Source of the DNA: the human T2T-CHM13v2.0 reference genome, Homo sapiens
Assembly (NCBI RefSeq): GCF_009914755.1
Contig: NC_060936.1
Length of the DNA stretch: 64,000 nucleotides
Direction: 5' to 3' (one strand)
The number at the start of each line of letters is the position of its first letter. The stretch's first letter is position 1. Of this stretch, positions 44,183-58,433 are shown piece by piece. The notes under the pieces are model-generated. The model had not been told where the DNA came from. It did no database searches and was given only the letters and a program-made list of their open reading frames with translations. The position numbers were made by a program, and so were the translations under genes.

Positions 44183-47100
44183 ATCGAATATTCTGCCAGA
44201 GTTCCTCAGGCACTCACAAGCCTAATTTCCTAAAGGAGGAAATGTATCATTGCCCAGGAAGACTCATGTCCCTTCGTATGTGGAGAAAAAAAAAAACTCT
44301 AATGTTGATACAACATCCCAACATCTCCTAACATTTTCTGCCCTATGACAAATTTCACAAGAATCATTCGAGAAGATGTGGCCTCCAAATCAAATATTCT
44401 GCTTTTCTGCCGTGGTTTGACATTGAACTCTAATTCTACCAAACTCTATACCATGCAAATTAAAAGAGAAATAAATAAAGCCATGGAGATCTTTATTTGA
44501 AATGTTACACCAAGAAAACAACAATAAGGAGAGGAGGTTGAATTCAAAGGGAATGGCTGGGTTAGAGCCAATTAAAACAGCTGATGTGTGGTAAGCAGAG
44601 GCAGTTAAAGAAGGGCACAATAAACATCCCTTGGGAGGGACAGTGGAGAAGCAGCTTGTCAACTGAGAAAGTAGGCCTTAATAGCACAGGCCTACTTTCG
44701 TCCTTAATTAGACTGAAATTGCCCATCAGTGGCACTCACCTGTGATTAAAAACCAACAACAAGCAAAAAGTAAAATACTGGATGTGCCAACTTTAAACCA
44801 AGTTCAGACTGTGTCTAAGCTTTTCACCTCGTCCATGGTTTTAAGACACTAATTAATACACTGCTGTTAATCAGTGAGGTTGGGGACTTCAAGATCTTCT
44901 TGAGTGTGCAGCCCCAGTTTCAGGAGAGGAAGAGATATTTTTTTCTTTTTTCTAAGAGTGGAAATATATGCTGCTAGACATGCTGACTTTACCATCAATT
45001 ACATTGGCACTGTTCATGGAGGAATCTTGGAAAACTGTCAGGAAATGAAACTATCTTGATCATCAGAGTAAAGAAGTATGATAGCAGCGAGTGAGCCCCA
45101 GTGGCAGAAGGGTTACACAGTCCTTGAATTTTAGTTCTGGCTCTATTCACTACAAGTCAGACATTCTTCATTATTCCCCAGTAAAATTTTTAGGCTGAAT
45201 AAATAGGTAAAGCAAAAAGCAAATAACTTGCAGATAGTAATTTTGGTCATGACAAACTATTTAACTTAGTATAGTCTTAATGATGGGATTACAGTCACTT
45301 ATACTGTTTATATTGAAGCACATGAGGGTCTGTCTTGATCAGGAGGCTACTGGAGTGAGCAGTGTTGCAATTACTTTAGAAATCCTCTTGGTGAAATTTG
45401 AATATCTTGCCCTGTGAAGTTACTGTTATGGTATTATGCTACTGTTTTCTCTCATTACTAGAATTACAGCATATAGATTTTCAGGAGCACACAGTAAATA
45501 TTGACTTTTTTTTCTAAATATTTTTGCAGGCTAAGGGTCTCTACTATGATTAAACAAATTAAATATAATGCATTTAAAAATCCTGATATAGCTCCTGATG
45601 AATGCATTTCCAAATTATCATGTGTATCATCTCCAATAAGTTGAAGCTTTTAAAATTACATCATAGTCCATATAATGACCACTTTATATTAGACCATCAC
45701 AGTTGTAATATAAAATGTGGTCATGGCTTACTGAGATGTCATAATTCATCAAATCTTTTTTTTCCCGACATCGCATCTCCACATCCTTTCTGAACAGTAC
45801 ACTGTAATTTTTAGATTGCCAAGTATGATCTATCAAAATGAGAACTTGGGTGTGGTACTTAGCAACTTTTAGATATACCAATAAAACAACAACCTAATGC
45901 CTAAAGAAAACTGGGTAATTTTATATTAATATTTTATGGTATTTTTGGAACCTCATATGAGTATGCACCAGAGGAGGGTTAGAAGTTGAAATGCATTATT
46001 ATATGTCAAGCTGGTATCATATATCAAATGATTTTAGAGGACAGGGAGCTAAGAACAGGAGTACTGGGAAATACAAGATAGAATTTCAAAGGCAGGAAGA
46101 AGCCTGATGGGAAAAAAATTAAGGGTGAATTGGTGGAAATTCATGGATAATTGCAAGGAATGCTCAAGGGAGATAAACTTTATATTCATTGGAAAGGGTT
46201 AAGAATGAAGACTGTTACAAATACTAGACACAGAAGGTCTGGAAACATAGACCATGATTTTATGATGGATTAATCCATAGTTTCAGACTTGTTCAACACC
46301 CTGCAGATATGATCAATGTGTAAATAAGTGTTTTAACTCAGTAACAGCAGAAGGTGCATTTTTAGAGAGAGGAACACTTGACAGCCTCCAGTAAAGTGAA
46401 AATGGGAAGTCACTGCTTTCAGTTTGAATAGGATTGGTATTGGAACAGTAGTGTCAGATAGTCTCTGAGATGAAGTCATTTGACTCTCTTTCCTTTGAGT
46501 TAATTATTAAGTACTATCCAGAAGTTCTTTATCCAATGCAAGCACAAATTACCAGGCAAAGCACAGGTAAAGCCACCAGGTAGCTTCTGAAAAGTGTTGT
46601 TATCTGCAGCCTTCTTGCATGGTGCTTGGTTGTGAACTCCACATGTGCTCGGCTATCATCTGCGGCCACCTCTATGCAGCTAATAGGCTTTGGACATCAC
46701 TTATGGATTCAATGTGTTGTGCCATTTACCTCCATGTTTACTCTTTTTTATCATCTGTCACTCCTTTACCTCTGCTTCCCTAAACCAGAGAGAAAAAAAA
46801 TCGTATATCAATATGCAGAAATGCAAAAGTTACTTGAAATAAATAGTGTTGGTTTAGGACTTTATGTTTTAGCTCAATTCTAAACATCCTTGTGATTCCT
46901 AAACTATGGCAGGATAAGCTTTCCAGGGAACATTTAAAGCTTGCCGTTCAGAGAGAGCAGTAAAGTGCCATGTATATGTTAACTCTAAGAATTCTTCCTT
47001 ATTGACAAATTGAATTGGGCAAAGGTGTGGCTGCACGGCTGGTATTTTATCTGCAACTGTCAAACTCTGGTAGTTCTTTTTCATTTTGACTTTTTATTCT

Positions 47101-50100
47101 ATTTTCCAATCTATTATCCTCTTTCTATCTTCTGGTGGATATCTGTTGACCTTTAATCCTTACTTACTGCATACACTTTGGTGATCACTTTATGGAAGGA
47201 TCCTTGCTAGGGCTCAGATGCTGAGGAAGAAATGGCATCAATAAAATATAAATGGGAAAGAGAAAATGAGAGCAAGCAAGCTTTAAGGCTTATCTAAATG
47301 GAGCAGACAGTTTTAGGTTTGGAATTGCTACACCCTCTGTAAGATTCACTTGTAATTTTATACTTCTATTGAATATTCTGCAGAATAATAAGCCCTGCTC
47401 TTTGCCAGAGATGCTTTGTTTAAATCAAATCCTCTGGAGAAAATCTCAAAAGAAATAGCTGCTGAGTTTACTTAATATAAGAAGTTTTTTTTTAATTTAA
47501 AGTTTCCTTGACAGAGTCGTTTGTTGATTAAAATGCTCTGCCAAGTTCTTCTAGTGATTCCGTCAAGACCAAACTATGCTTTTTTTTTTAAACTGCAGAT
47601 GCAAATGTTAACTTCACCTGAGGTTTCTCTAGCAAAGCATTTTCTTCTTTTCAGAAGCTCTTAACACTGCCAGATGTGTAATTAAATGGTCATTTCACTT
47701 TTATTATAATTTTGTGGCTTTTTAAAATTATTTTTCTTGTTTATGTACACTGTAGCAGTTATGGTCACCATATGCTCGTTATGTAAGATAGCTCTTAACA
47801 CCCAGCTGATAGATGCAAGCTGTTGGGGAAAAATCCCCACTGGTCTCCTATTTATCTAATTTTAATCCTCAAAGGTAAATTCAGCTGGATAAATGTGTTC
47901 CTAAGCATCTTTCACCTGTCAGAAAATATTTTTATGTAGTTCCTCTAACAACATGAAGGAAAATGTCTGCCTCTCTAGAACTTGATTTTGCCACTAGTTA
48001 CTTTGTGCTATTGAGATAGTACTTTTGAGATAAAAGATACAATAAGCCAATAAAGTAGAAGCTAAAGTGTGATGATATAAATATATGTATAAACTAGCTT
48101 TTTGGAGGGATAGGTGGGATAGGTGGAAGAGAGGAGGAAAGGATTTCTTCCTGATGAATATAAACAAAAACAATTTAAGGAAAATGCAAGTTTAATAATT
48201 TAACCAATACTTAGTAAGCCATGCAACTGAACTTATTTTCCCTAAAGTTATTATCCTATAAATCACAAATATTTTATTTCATAAGAATCTGAGGTCTGTA
48301 CCGTTGAGAGTGCAAATATACCATTATTATAGAAAGAGTTTGCAGAAATAAAACTCCTAGAATGTACATGCATTAAGTCATGATTTTTAAAACTGTCCTA
48401 TGAAAATGATATAGTCTCTAATGAGCAATTTTAATGTTTAGTAAGAAACAGGGAAATTGTTTTTATGGGAGAAGAATCCATCCCATCACGTTAGAATTAC
48501 AAAACTTTCCATTTATGTTTGTTCAAAGTTTTCTGTTTTGTTTTGTTTGGTTTGGTTTGCCTGTTTTTGACAGAAAGTGTGGAAAGTTGGCAGTGTCTTT
48601 GCAGGGATGAGGGGTATGTGATTGCTAACATACTTTGCTTTCAATGACCTCATGTAAATGTTAGGGAAGTCTGGAGGAAATCAATGCATTTACAATAATC
48701 CAGGTTAGTATCTGATGGTCTCCATTAGAAAAGTGTTTAGAGGGGAGGAAACGCATAACAAATTACCGCTCATCGTTCACATTTAATATTGCGTCGATTC
48801 TGCATTTGAGGAAATCAATTTTTGTTCTTTCTATTCCAGAAATATATGTGAGAGATTTTCTTTTACTTATATAAAGAATATGAAAATAAATGTATTAATT
48901 AGTATTCCAAGTTTAATTAATGACCAAGTCAGATTCTTTTAAAAGTAAACAAATAGCTCATTTCCCGGATTGTATATATTACACATTTATATGTAATATT
49001 AATTATACTAGTTGTTGATAGATTTCAGCCCATCCCATTTTCAGCAAATCTGATGAACTTTATTCCTTTTAATTTTGGCTATGCAAACTTCTTTAATAAT
49101 ATTAAAATGCATTACATGCATTTCCAATGACTAAAAATATATCTATCAGTGAGAAGGAAACTGCTGGATTTTAAATCTTCTCACAGCTATTGTAGAAATT
49201 AGGAAGAAGAGGACTCATGCGTGCAATAGGTGTTACTGGGAACGTTTTATGAGAACAATAGGAACTTTATAAGATTTTTCACGTTTACCCTTCACTCATC
49301 CCCTTTTTCTTCACGTCTCAACTGAATATTAACATAACTATAATATAAGTATGCTAAACATTCTGAAAGTACAAGCATTGACTAATAATGAGGATTTTAA
49401 GCTGAGGTCCCTCAGGGTACAAACTTCTTTAGGTGAAAATCTAGTATGTCACTAATTACTTAAAGGTTATCTACAAATTTTCCTTTATTCTCATTTCTTT
49501 GAAGTTTGTGAAACTTCTTCAATTCACTAAAATGTAGCTAGTGAATAAAGTAAAATAAGAGTTAAGTTTTAGATGCCAAATTTAGTTGTCCATTTTTTTC
49601 TACTCTCACCGTTGCTCTATACCCTAAATCTTACAAATACAGTGGGAAAGCATTGAGGAGGGGATTAAAAATGAAATGTTTTATGAAAATATTTAGCAAG
49701 ACAATATGGACACAGGAAAAGTGAAGAAGTTCCTCATATATATCTTATGTTGATAATGATACAAAATTTTACATGAAAAATCATATTTACAGAAATCTAT
49801 TCTGCTTTTTCAACATTATGCTTTATTACTCACCAATTCTCATGGTCCACACATTTAAAACAGGAACGAGAAAGATATTTTAGGGCAACATATGTGTGGT
49901 TCGTAAAACCAATAAGCAGGGTATATGCAAGAAAGAGCTCGGCAACTACTTCTGTTGCTGTCAGAAATCATTGTGAAATTTCATGAAAAGGAACTCTTGA
50001 GACTATGATAATATGGAAGTAAAGGGGAATGCATATATGGAAATTAACATTCTTCTAAGAAAAATGATTGGCTAAAGAAAATGGATAGTGAGGTCAGTAG

Positions 50101-50124
50101 AGAATAAAATGTCAATAAATTGAA

Positions 50125-50143
50125 GTGTGTGTGTGTGTGTGTG
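50125..50143 (+). repeat. (GT)n microsatellite
   Basis: About 9 GT units. Confidence 0.9.
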
Positions 50144-50277
50144 CACACGCACTATTCTGGTAAGAAGCAGATAAAAAAGGAAAGGAAAACTTTGAAGGGT
50201 TTACGTAGACTTTTTGATCACTTTGCATCTTTTATAGTAGGTTTCTATATATTTCTGAATCTAATGTATTAGATGCC

Positions 50278-50624
50278 TGTCTTAGTCCATTAGTGCTGTT
50301 ATAACAGAGTACCACAGACTGGTAATTTCTATAAGAACAGGAATTTATATCCCATAGTTCTAGAGCCTAGGAAATCCTAGATCAAGGCACTGACATCTGG
50401 TGAGGGTCTTCTGGCTGCATCTTCATATGTTAGAAGGTGGAAAGGCAAGAGAGGGGCGACCTCCCTCCATCCAGTCTTTTTATAAAGGCACCTAATCCCA
50501 TTCATGAGGGCAGAGCCCTCACGATTCAATCACTTTCCAAAGGCCACAACCGCCAATATTGTTGCATTGAGGATTAAGTTTCAACATGAAATTTGAAGGT
50601 GACAAAAACATTCAAACCATTGCA
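50278..50624 (-). mobile_element. MST-family (MSTC/D-like) MaLR solo LTR
   Basis: TGTCTTAGTCCATT...AATCCCATTCATGAGGGCAGAGCCCTCA...CATTCAAACCATTGCA with TSD ATGCC/ATGTC. Confidence 0.82.
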
Positions 50625-51087
50625 ATGTCTGACAGAGAGATGTGGTTTTCCAGTTAATGGTCTCATTTTATGTCTGGGCTATTAAAAACATGACCATTGC
50701 ATATAGCTGGGAAGATCACACACTCTACCAGTGTGTGTGTGACAAGCACTACAACCTCAAGTGGTTGTTGACTCTGCATCACTGGTTTTGTTCAGTGGAA
50801 TAAGCAGATATTAATAATGTATATGTAATTTTATGTTGCTGCCTTTTTAAATGGTGCCATAAGATTTCCTTAAAGTGACTATATTTTATTTATACTTACT
50901 AAATATAGACCCAGCACTGAATAAATTACACAAAATAATAGAAGAGTCATAATCAGATCTTATGTTTTCATTATCATACTTTCTAATTTCCTATTCTTTT
51001 TTATGACTTCAGGTAGGTTGAAAAAGAGGTATCTAGCTGAATCTCTCAATATTCCTCTCTCTCTTTCTTATTATCTGTCTCTGCCCA

Positions 51088-51144
51088 TCACACACACACA
51101 TGTACACAAACACATGTTCGCACAAACACACACACACACACACA
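51088..51144 (+). repeat. Imperfect (CA)n
   Basis: CA-rich run. Confidence 0.85.
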
Positions 51145-52595
51145 GCTGTTTTGAAATATCCTCAGAGTTCCTAGTAAAATGCTGCATGATCTGAAAAAGA
51201 CAAATTTTTGAAGCTATTGATGGGGTAGCTTTTCTGGGTGGTTCCTAGAAAGGATCTGGATGTTAGTTAGATCTGAAGTTTAGAACCTGTACTGGAACTG
51301 GGAACTGGAACTGATTACAGGCAGCAATTACTTTAACTCATTACTTAGATTAAAATCATAGGCTAATTATAGTGTTACCCTGTGTTAAAATATAAGAATA
51401 AAGTTTAAATGTTTAAGAAAAGATTTACTCTCAATCCCTGAACGAAACCTAATGCACCCTTAGAATATCTGCAATAAAGCAGGAGATGGTTAACATGTGG
51501 ATTCTGAAGGGGTAAGAGCAATGGTTACATGGTGCTTGGGATGTGAAAATGTGCAGTATTCCAAGTGATCCTATAAATCTTTCACAATTACAAGTTACAA
51601 CCATTGCAAATGACATTTTTATGATACCTTTTGAATGGCTTGGCTTTGGTGTGCCACTCTTTTATGTTTTAGCCAATTTTATTTGTATATAAGCTTCAAA
51701 AATATGTGAAAATAAGAAAATTGGAAAGGAAGCAGTAGTGAAAATGATACCTTTATAAAACACTGTTATTATACATTGTTACATCTCAACATTTTTGGCC
51801 GCATTTCCCAGGACCAAACTGTTAAAACTTGTTTGAGATGTCTTCATCTTTTTATAACACAGTATATTTGTGTACCCATATTCCAACAAGAATAGTTCTT
51901 TCAAGCATAACTGTTTTTTTAGGTTGCATTTTTTTAGCATTCATTTGGATTTTTAAGGGTCTGCTGTCTTACTGGAACACTGAAATTTATCTGGCAAGAA
52001 TATCCAATGATTTTGTTTTAATGGAATAGTTGTCCTTTTTCCAGATGTGTATTTTTTTTCACTCGGGGAGCTGATATCCTGGAAGCAAGGGTATTAACAT
52101 GCAATGCCATTCCAAAGCTGACTACATTTGCTTTTCATTATACTTTATGGTTAAGAGACCCTCTGAATTTGATAAATTTTATTTGCTCAACTAACTCTAT
52201 CAGTAGCATGTTGTAAAGAAGCCTGTAGGGTAGTAAATGCATGTCATAGAGCATATATAAACAATTGCCACCTCTCCTGAGAAGTTCCTCGTTTTAAGTG
52301 GACATTGTGTGCATTCTTTAAAAATCCGTTAGCTGTCTTACTATTTAATCCCTTGCACTCATCACCTGCTTTTATGTTTTAGCCAGCTAGTTTACCTTTC
52401 TTTTGACTGATTCAATACCACAATAAAGACACATCTTGGCATATTGCCCCTTGCGCCCACAAATACACTGTATGAGCAGAGTATACCTAATACTTCTTTA
52501 TGCATCCATTTTTTTCTGAGATATCTGAAAAAATGATTTCAGTGGGAATACTGGTAAGAAAAATTCTAAAACAGATCTTAGTGTCTTATGTGTTA

Positions 52596-52748
52596 GAAGC
52601 CAGGTCTGGAGAATAGTTTTAACTTCATGCTCAGTATATCTTATCTTATTTTTTATTCTTTAAATTTCCTCAGTGAAGCCAGGCCTGGATAATAAACTTC
52701 ATGCTCAGTATATCATATCTTATTTTTTATTATTTAAATTTCCTCATT
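52596..52748 (+). repeat. Two-copy ~79-bp tandem duplication
   Basis: GAAGCCAGG...AACTTCATGCTCAGTATATC...TAAATTTCCTCA at 52596-52674 and 52675-52748. Confidence 0.92.
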
Positions 52749-54100
52749 AGTCCTGAAGACAATCTATTCAAATCATTCAAACATTTTGCAACTTGTTAGT
52801 ACGAGTCATTTATTCTCTGGGGTTTAAGGGAAGTTCTTACCTGGATGAAGGATAATTTTAAAAAATGAAGGTTCTTAAGGTCGAATGTGAAAGTGATAAT
52901 GCACAATACAATTTCAGAATGGATTGGAAAAAAAAGAACAGTTAATAATTTGACTCTTTACTTCTGCTTCTATTATAGACTAACAGGGATCATATTTACT
53001 TCCCTCCACCTTAAGTATAAACTGAACAAAAGCATATAAAGCAATATTATTCAGCCACTGGACAATAGACAATACAGGACAATGGTTCCTGAAAGAAGGG
53101 TAATCAAAGGGGAAAGCTTACAACTGTGCTAGTTGACTTCCTGGAGGCAATATCCAGACCACAGAGTAGAGATGGAGAACCCAAATAGAGTTCAGAAGTT
53201 TTGCTGACCCTTAGAAATAGAGATCAAAGTTTAGGAAAGCCTCAAGGGCTAAAATTTTGGAGCCAAAGTACCAGAAAAGAAGGAACTGCAGAGAGAGAGA
53301 GAGAAAGATAAAATGAGATAGATAAACAGACAGAGAGACACAGAGAGAGATACAAAGAGATAGGAGAGAATGAGGATGAGCACTGGAGACTTACAGAGAT
53401 GTTTCTTCTAATCTTTGACAGAGGACTTATAGAGGAAACAAGCAAATGCCAGAGAAAGGACCAGCAGAAAGAAGTATGAGAAATAATTGCTAGCACTCAC
53501 ACAAGGTTGGGAATAGTTGACGTTTTCCCCAGCCAGAGTGAAAAGACCACAAGGTGTGTGTTAGATTCACAAAATTGTATTTCTTTACAAATGGTGCAAA
53601 ATTAGCTCTAGGCAATCAGATCTGTACCTTCTTTAACAATTTATTTAAAATGCTCAAAAGCTACTTAACTATGTGCCATTACAAAATCAAATCCTACTTG
53701 AAATCCAGTATACAAGTGTACAATTCAAAATGTCTACCATCTAGTAAAATATTACCAGGCATGTTAAAAAGCAATGTGACATGACTCATATCCAGGAGGG
53801 AAAAAAATCCATTAATGGAAACATACTTAAGAAATGGCAGAGGTGATGGAATTAGCAGACAAGTTGTTGTTAAAACAACTATTATAAATATGCTCCATAT
53901 GTTCAAGAAGGTAGAAAAACAAATGTGATAAGGAGAGACATGGAAGAAAGAAAAGACACCCAAATGGAACTCCTAGAGATGAAAAAGTATAGTGTGTGAA
54001 TTAAAAATACATGAGACAGGATTACAACAGATTAAATAATATAGAGGTAAAGATTAATGAACTTGGAAACAGTAATAGAAGTTATGTGAATGCAAAATGA

Positions 54101-54453
<353 letters not shown>

Positions 54454-54641
54454 TAATTGCATTAGTAACCGTGGCATGAAAGCAGGTGGTCCAACATACA
54501 TAATTGGAGCCCTAGAAGGAAGAGGGAGGTAGAAAATAAGTTTAGAAGAAACTAAAAAGTTTCCAAAATTTGATATAAACTATAAAAAGGTCCAATGAAC
54601 ATAACACAACCTGAACAAAACATTAAAAAAATAAAATTGCT

Positions 54642-54940
54642 GGCCAGGTGCAGTGGCTAACACCTGTAATCCCAGCACTTTGGGAGGCCGAGGAAGGTGG
54701 ATTACCTGAAGTCAGGAGTTTGAGACCAGCCTGGCCAATATGGTAAAACCCTGTATCTACTAAAAACACAAAAATTAGCTGGGTGTGGTGGTGTGTGCCT
54801 GTAATCCAAGCTACTTGGGAGGCTGAGGCAGCAAAATGGCTTGAACCCAGGAGGCAGGGATTCCCGTGAGCCAAGATTGCACCACTGCACTCCAGCCTGG
54901 TGAGAGAACAAGACTCCGTCTCAAAAACAACAACAACAAA
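54642..54940 (+). mobile_element. AluSx-like with an (AAC)n tail
   Basis: Full Alu dimer. Confidence 0.92.
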
Positions 54941-56238
54941 GAAAATCAAATAGCTAAAATTAGTGATAAAGAATATCTTATCAGAAGTTGGATAATACAG
55001 TCAGGATACATAGAAAGGAACAAAGATCAGACATGTGATGGACTTCTTAGAAACTATGCAAGGGAAAATACAATGGTGTGGCATCTTTACTGAAGAAGAA
55101 AAATTGTTAACTAAGAATTTTGTACCCAGAAAATAATTCTTTCAAAAACGGAGGCAAAGCAAACTCTTTTTTAGCCAAACAAAAGCTGAGACAGTTAATT
55201 GCCAGCAAATCTGCAATTTGAAAAATGTTATAAAAGGTTGTTTATAAAAGGAAAATGATACCAGATAAAAATTTGCATCTAAGCAAAGGAAAGAAGAGCA
55301 CCAGAAATGGAAATTATGTGGATAAATATAAAGATTATTCAGTTTTTAATTTTTAAAACAGAATTGATAATAGAACAAAATAATGTGCTATGTTAATATA
55401 TGTAGAAGAAAACGTATGCTAACAGTAGCACAAGAAAGTGAACAGGAATGTAAAATTAAATACTGTGAGGTTTGTAAATTATATCTAAAGTGGCATAATG
55501 TAATTTGAAGGCATATTCTAATAAGTTAATGGTTTATATAGTAAATCCTAGAGGAAACAGAAGAATAAAATGAAATATGTGTCACCTACTAAGAATCCAC
55601 TTTATAAAGATACAGATAAAGTTGAAAGAACGGAAAGATGACACTAGACACTAATCAAAATCCTTGAAAAAGTAGTTTAGCACAAAGGGACATTTAGGAC
55701 CCCCACTCACAAGACTGCAAAAGTTTGAGAGATATATGGAGAATCATCTTCTAACAAAAAGCAAGCTGAAGACTAGGACAAAATCTATTCAAATATATAT
55801 CTAAGATAGGACCTATACCGAAATATATAAATAATTGTTGATAAAACTCAGTAATAATGAGACAAACAAAAAGTGGGCAAGAGTTTTTGACAGATATTTC
55901 ACCAAAGATGATATATGAATGACAAGCACACACATGAAAAGATAATCAACATCAATAAATTATTAGAAAAATTCAAATTAAAACTGCAATGATACACCCC
56001 TACTCCTGAGTAGAATGGCTAAAATGAAAGACTGAAGATATGAAGTATAGAGTATGTGGAGCAACTGGACCTCTCATACATTGCTAGTGGGAGTTCAGAA
56101 TGGTATGTTTTGGAAAATAGTGTGGCACATGCTTACACAAATATATAGTTATCAAATGACTCAGAGATACCCTTTGAGTTATTTGTCCATGAGAAAATAA
56201 AATAAATATCAACATAAGACAGATATAAATATTTATAG

Positions 56239-56519
56239 GGACAGGCAATGTAGCTCAAGTCTGTAATCCCAGTACGTTGGGAGGCCAAGGCAGGTGGATC
56301 ACTTGAGGTCAGGAGTTCGAGACCAGCCTAGCCAATATGGTGAAACCCTGTCTCTACTAAAAATACAGATGGTGCACATCTGTAGTCCAAGCTACGCAGG
56401 AGGCTGAGGCACGAGAATTGCTAGAACCCAGGAGGCTGAAGTTGTAGTGAGCCGAGATCACACCACTGCACTCCAGCCTGGGTGACAGAGCGTGACTCTG
56501 TCCCCCTCCCCCCAAAAAA
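56239..56519 (+). mobile_element. AluS with a small deletion at the monomer junction
   Basis: CTACTAAAAATACAG joins directly to ATGGTGCACATCTGTAGTCC. Confidence 0.88.
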
Positions 56520-56903
56520 TTATAGAACTTTCCCACACTGGAAACAAATCAAGGGTCCTTTACCAGATAAATGCATAAACGAATTGTGCCATATTCAAAC
56601 AATGGAATGCATTTGAGCCATAGAAAAGAAAGAACTAATGTTACATATAACACATGGATAAATCTCAAAAGCATTATGCTAAGTGAAAACAGCCAAAAAC
56701 GAAAATACTGAATGATTTCATTTCTATGAAATTCTAGAAAAGGCAAAACTAGCGTTAGAAGTCACTTCAGACATTGCCTGTGTTGAGAGTGAGACATTAT
56801 CTACGGTAGGCATGAGAGAACATTTTGAATGAAGGGAATATTCTACATCTTGATAGTGGTACTGGCCACATTGAATTATTTCCTTATATTTGTTGAATTT
56901 TTA

Positions 56904-57273
<370 letters not shown>

Positions 57274-57704
57274 GTAATGTGGCTTTTCTACAATTTTAGC
57301 AAATATCAGAGTTGACTATCAAATCATATTTTTCCTTTCAGCAAGCATGATTTTGTGTTGACAGTTGAATATTTTTTCTCTTACTCTTTCTTAAAAATCA
57401 TGGTTTGCAAGTTGCCATTTTATGAGATTTTATTACTTATTTTTTTAAATTACTGATATTAAAATTTAGCCAGGTTGGAACTCTCTTATTGCCTAAAACT
57501 CCAGCTTAGCTTTAGAAGGTATTTCAAAGGTCATTGCCACTTTTCCTGTTAAATTTGATAGGAATAAAATGACAACCAATTTATTTCATTTTAATTTTCA
57601 GGATTTTTTCCTGAGTTCAGTCCTATTAATCCTTATGATCATGACCATATTAGGCTTCATGACTTTATCTTTCTAATTCTCATGACTGTATTTCCTGTAA
57701 CATT

Positions 57705-57940
57705 TAGAGCTAACATTTATTGAACACTTACTATGTGGAAAACTATCTTAACAACATCATACATTTACTTCCTTTAATTCTCACAGCACCCCTGTGAAGG
57801 AAGAATAATTATTTTTTTACTCCATTTTATAGATGATGAAACTGAGACACAGCAACTTCCAAATTCATATAACTAGGAAGTAAGGAAGCAGAGATTTGCT
57901 TTTAAGCAGTCCCACTTTACAGCCCATTGTCTGAACTATC
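57705..57940 (-). mobile_element. MIR
   Basis: GCTAACATTTATTGAACACTTACTATGTG...CCATTTTATAGATGATGAAACTGAGACACAG. Confidence 0.75.
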
Positions 57941-58035
57941 AAACTACAAATCCTATAATTTACAGATCTTAAATTCTAGTTTTTAGAAGAATCAATTCGC
58001 TTAAATATGACTCTCAGACCTTTCCCTCTCCCTCG

Positions 58036-58433
58036 TGATGGTTTCAACATGAGTTTTGCATCCCCTCCAAAAACTCATGTTGAAATTTAGTTGGCATTGT
58101 GAATGGTATTAAGAGATGGAGACATTAAAAGGTGAGTAGGCCATGAGAACACTAACTTCATACATGGATTAATGTTATTGTGGAAGTGGGATTATCATGA
58201 GAGTATAATCCGTTATAAAAGCGAGCTTGGCCCTTTCTGTCTCTCTTATATGAGTGCTCTCTTGCTCTTCTGCCTTCCACCATGGGTAGATGCAGCAAGA
58301 AGACCCTCACCACATATGGGCCCCTCACTCTTATGCTTCCCAGCCTCCAGAACTGTAAGAAGCAAATCTGTTGTTATTTATAAATTACCCAGTTTTAGAT
58401 ATTCTGTTATAGTAGCACAAATGGACTAACACA
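58036..58433 (+). mobile_element. MSTB-like MaLR solo LTR
   Basis: AAAACTCATGTTGAAATTT...CCCAGCCTCCAGAACTGTAAGA...TATTCTGTTATAGTAGCACAAATGGACTAACACA. Confidence 0.82.
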
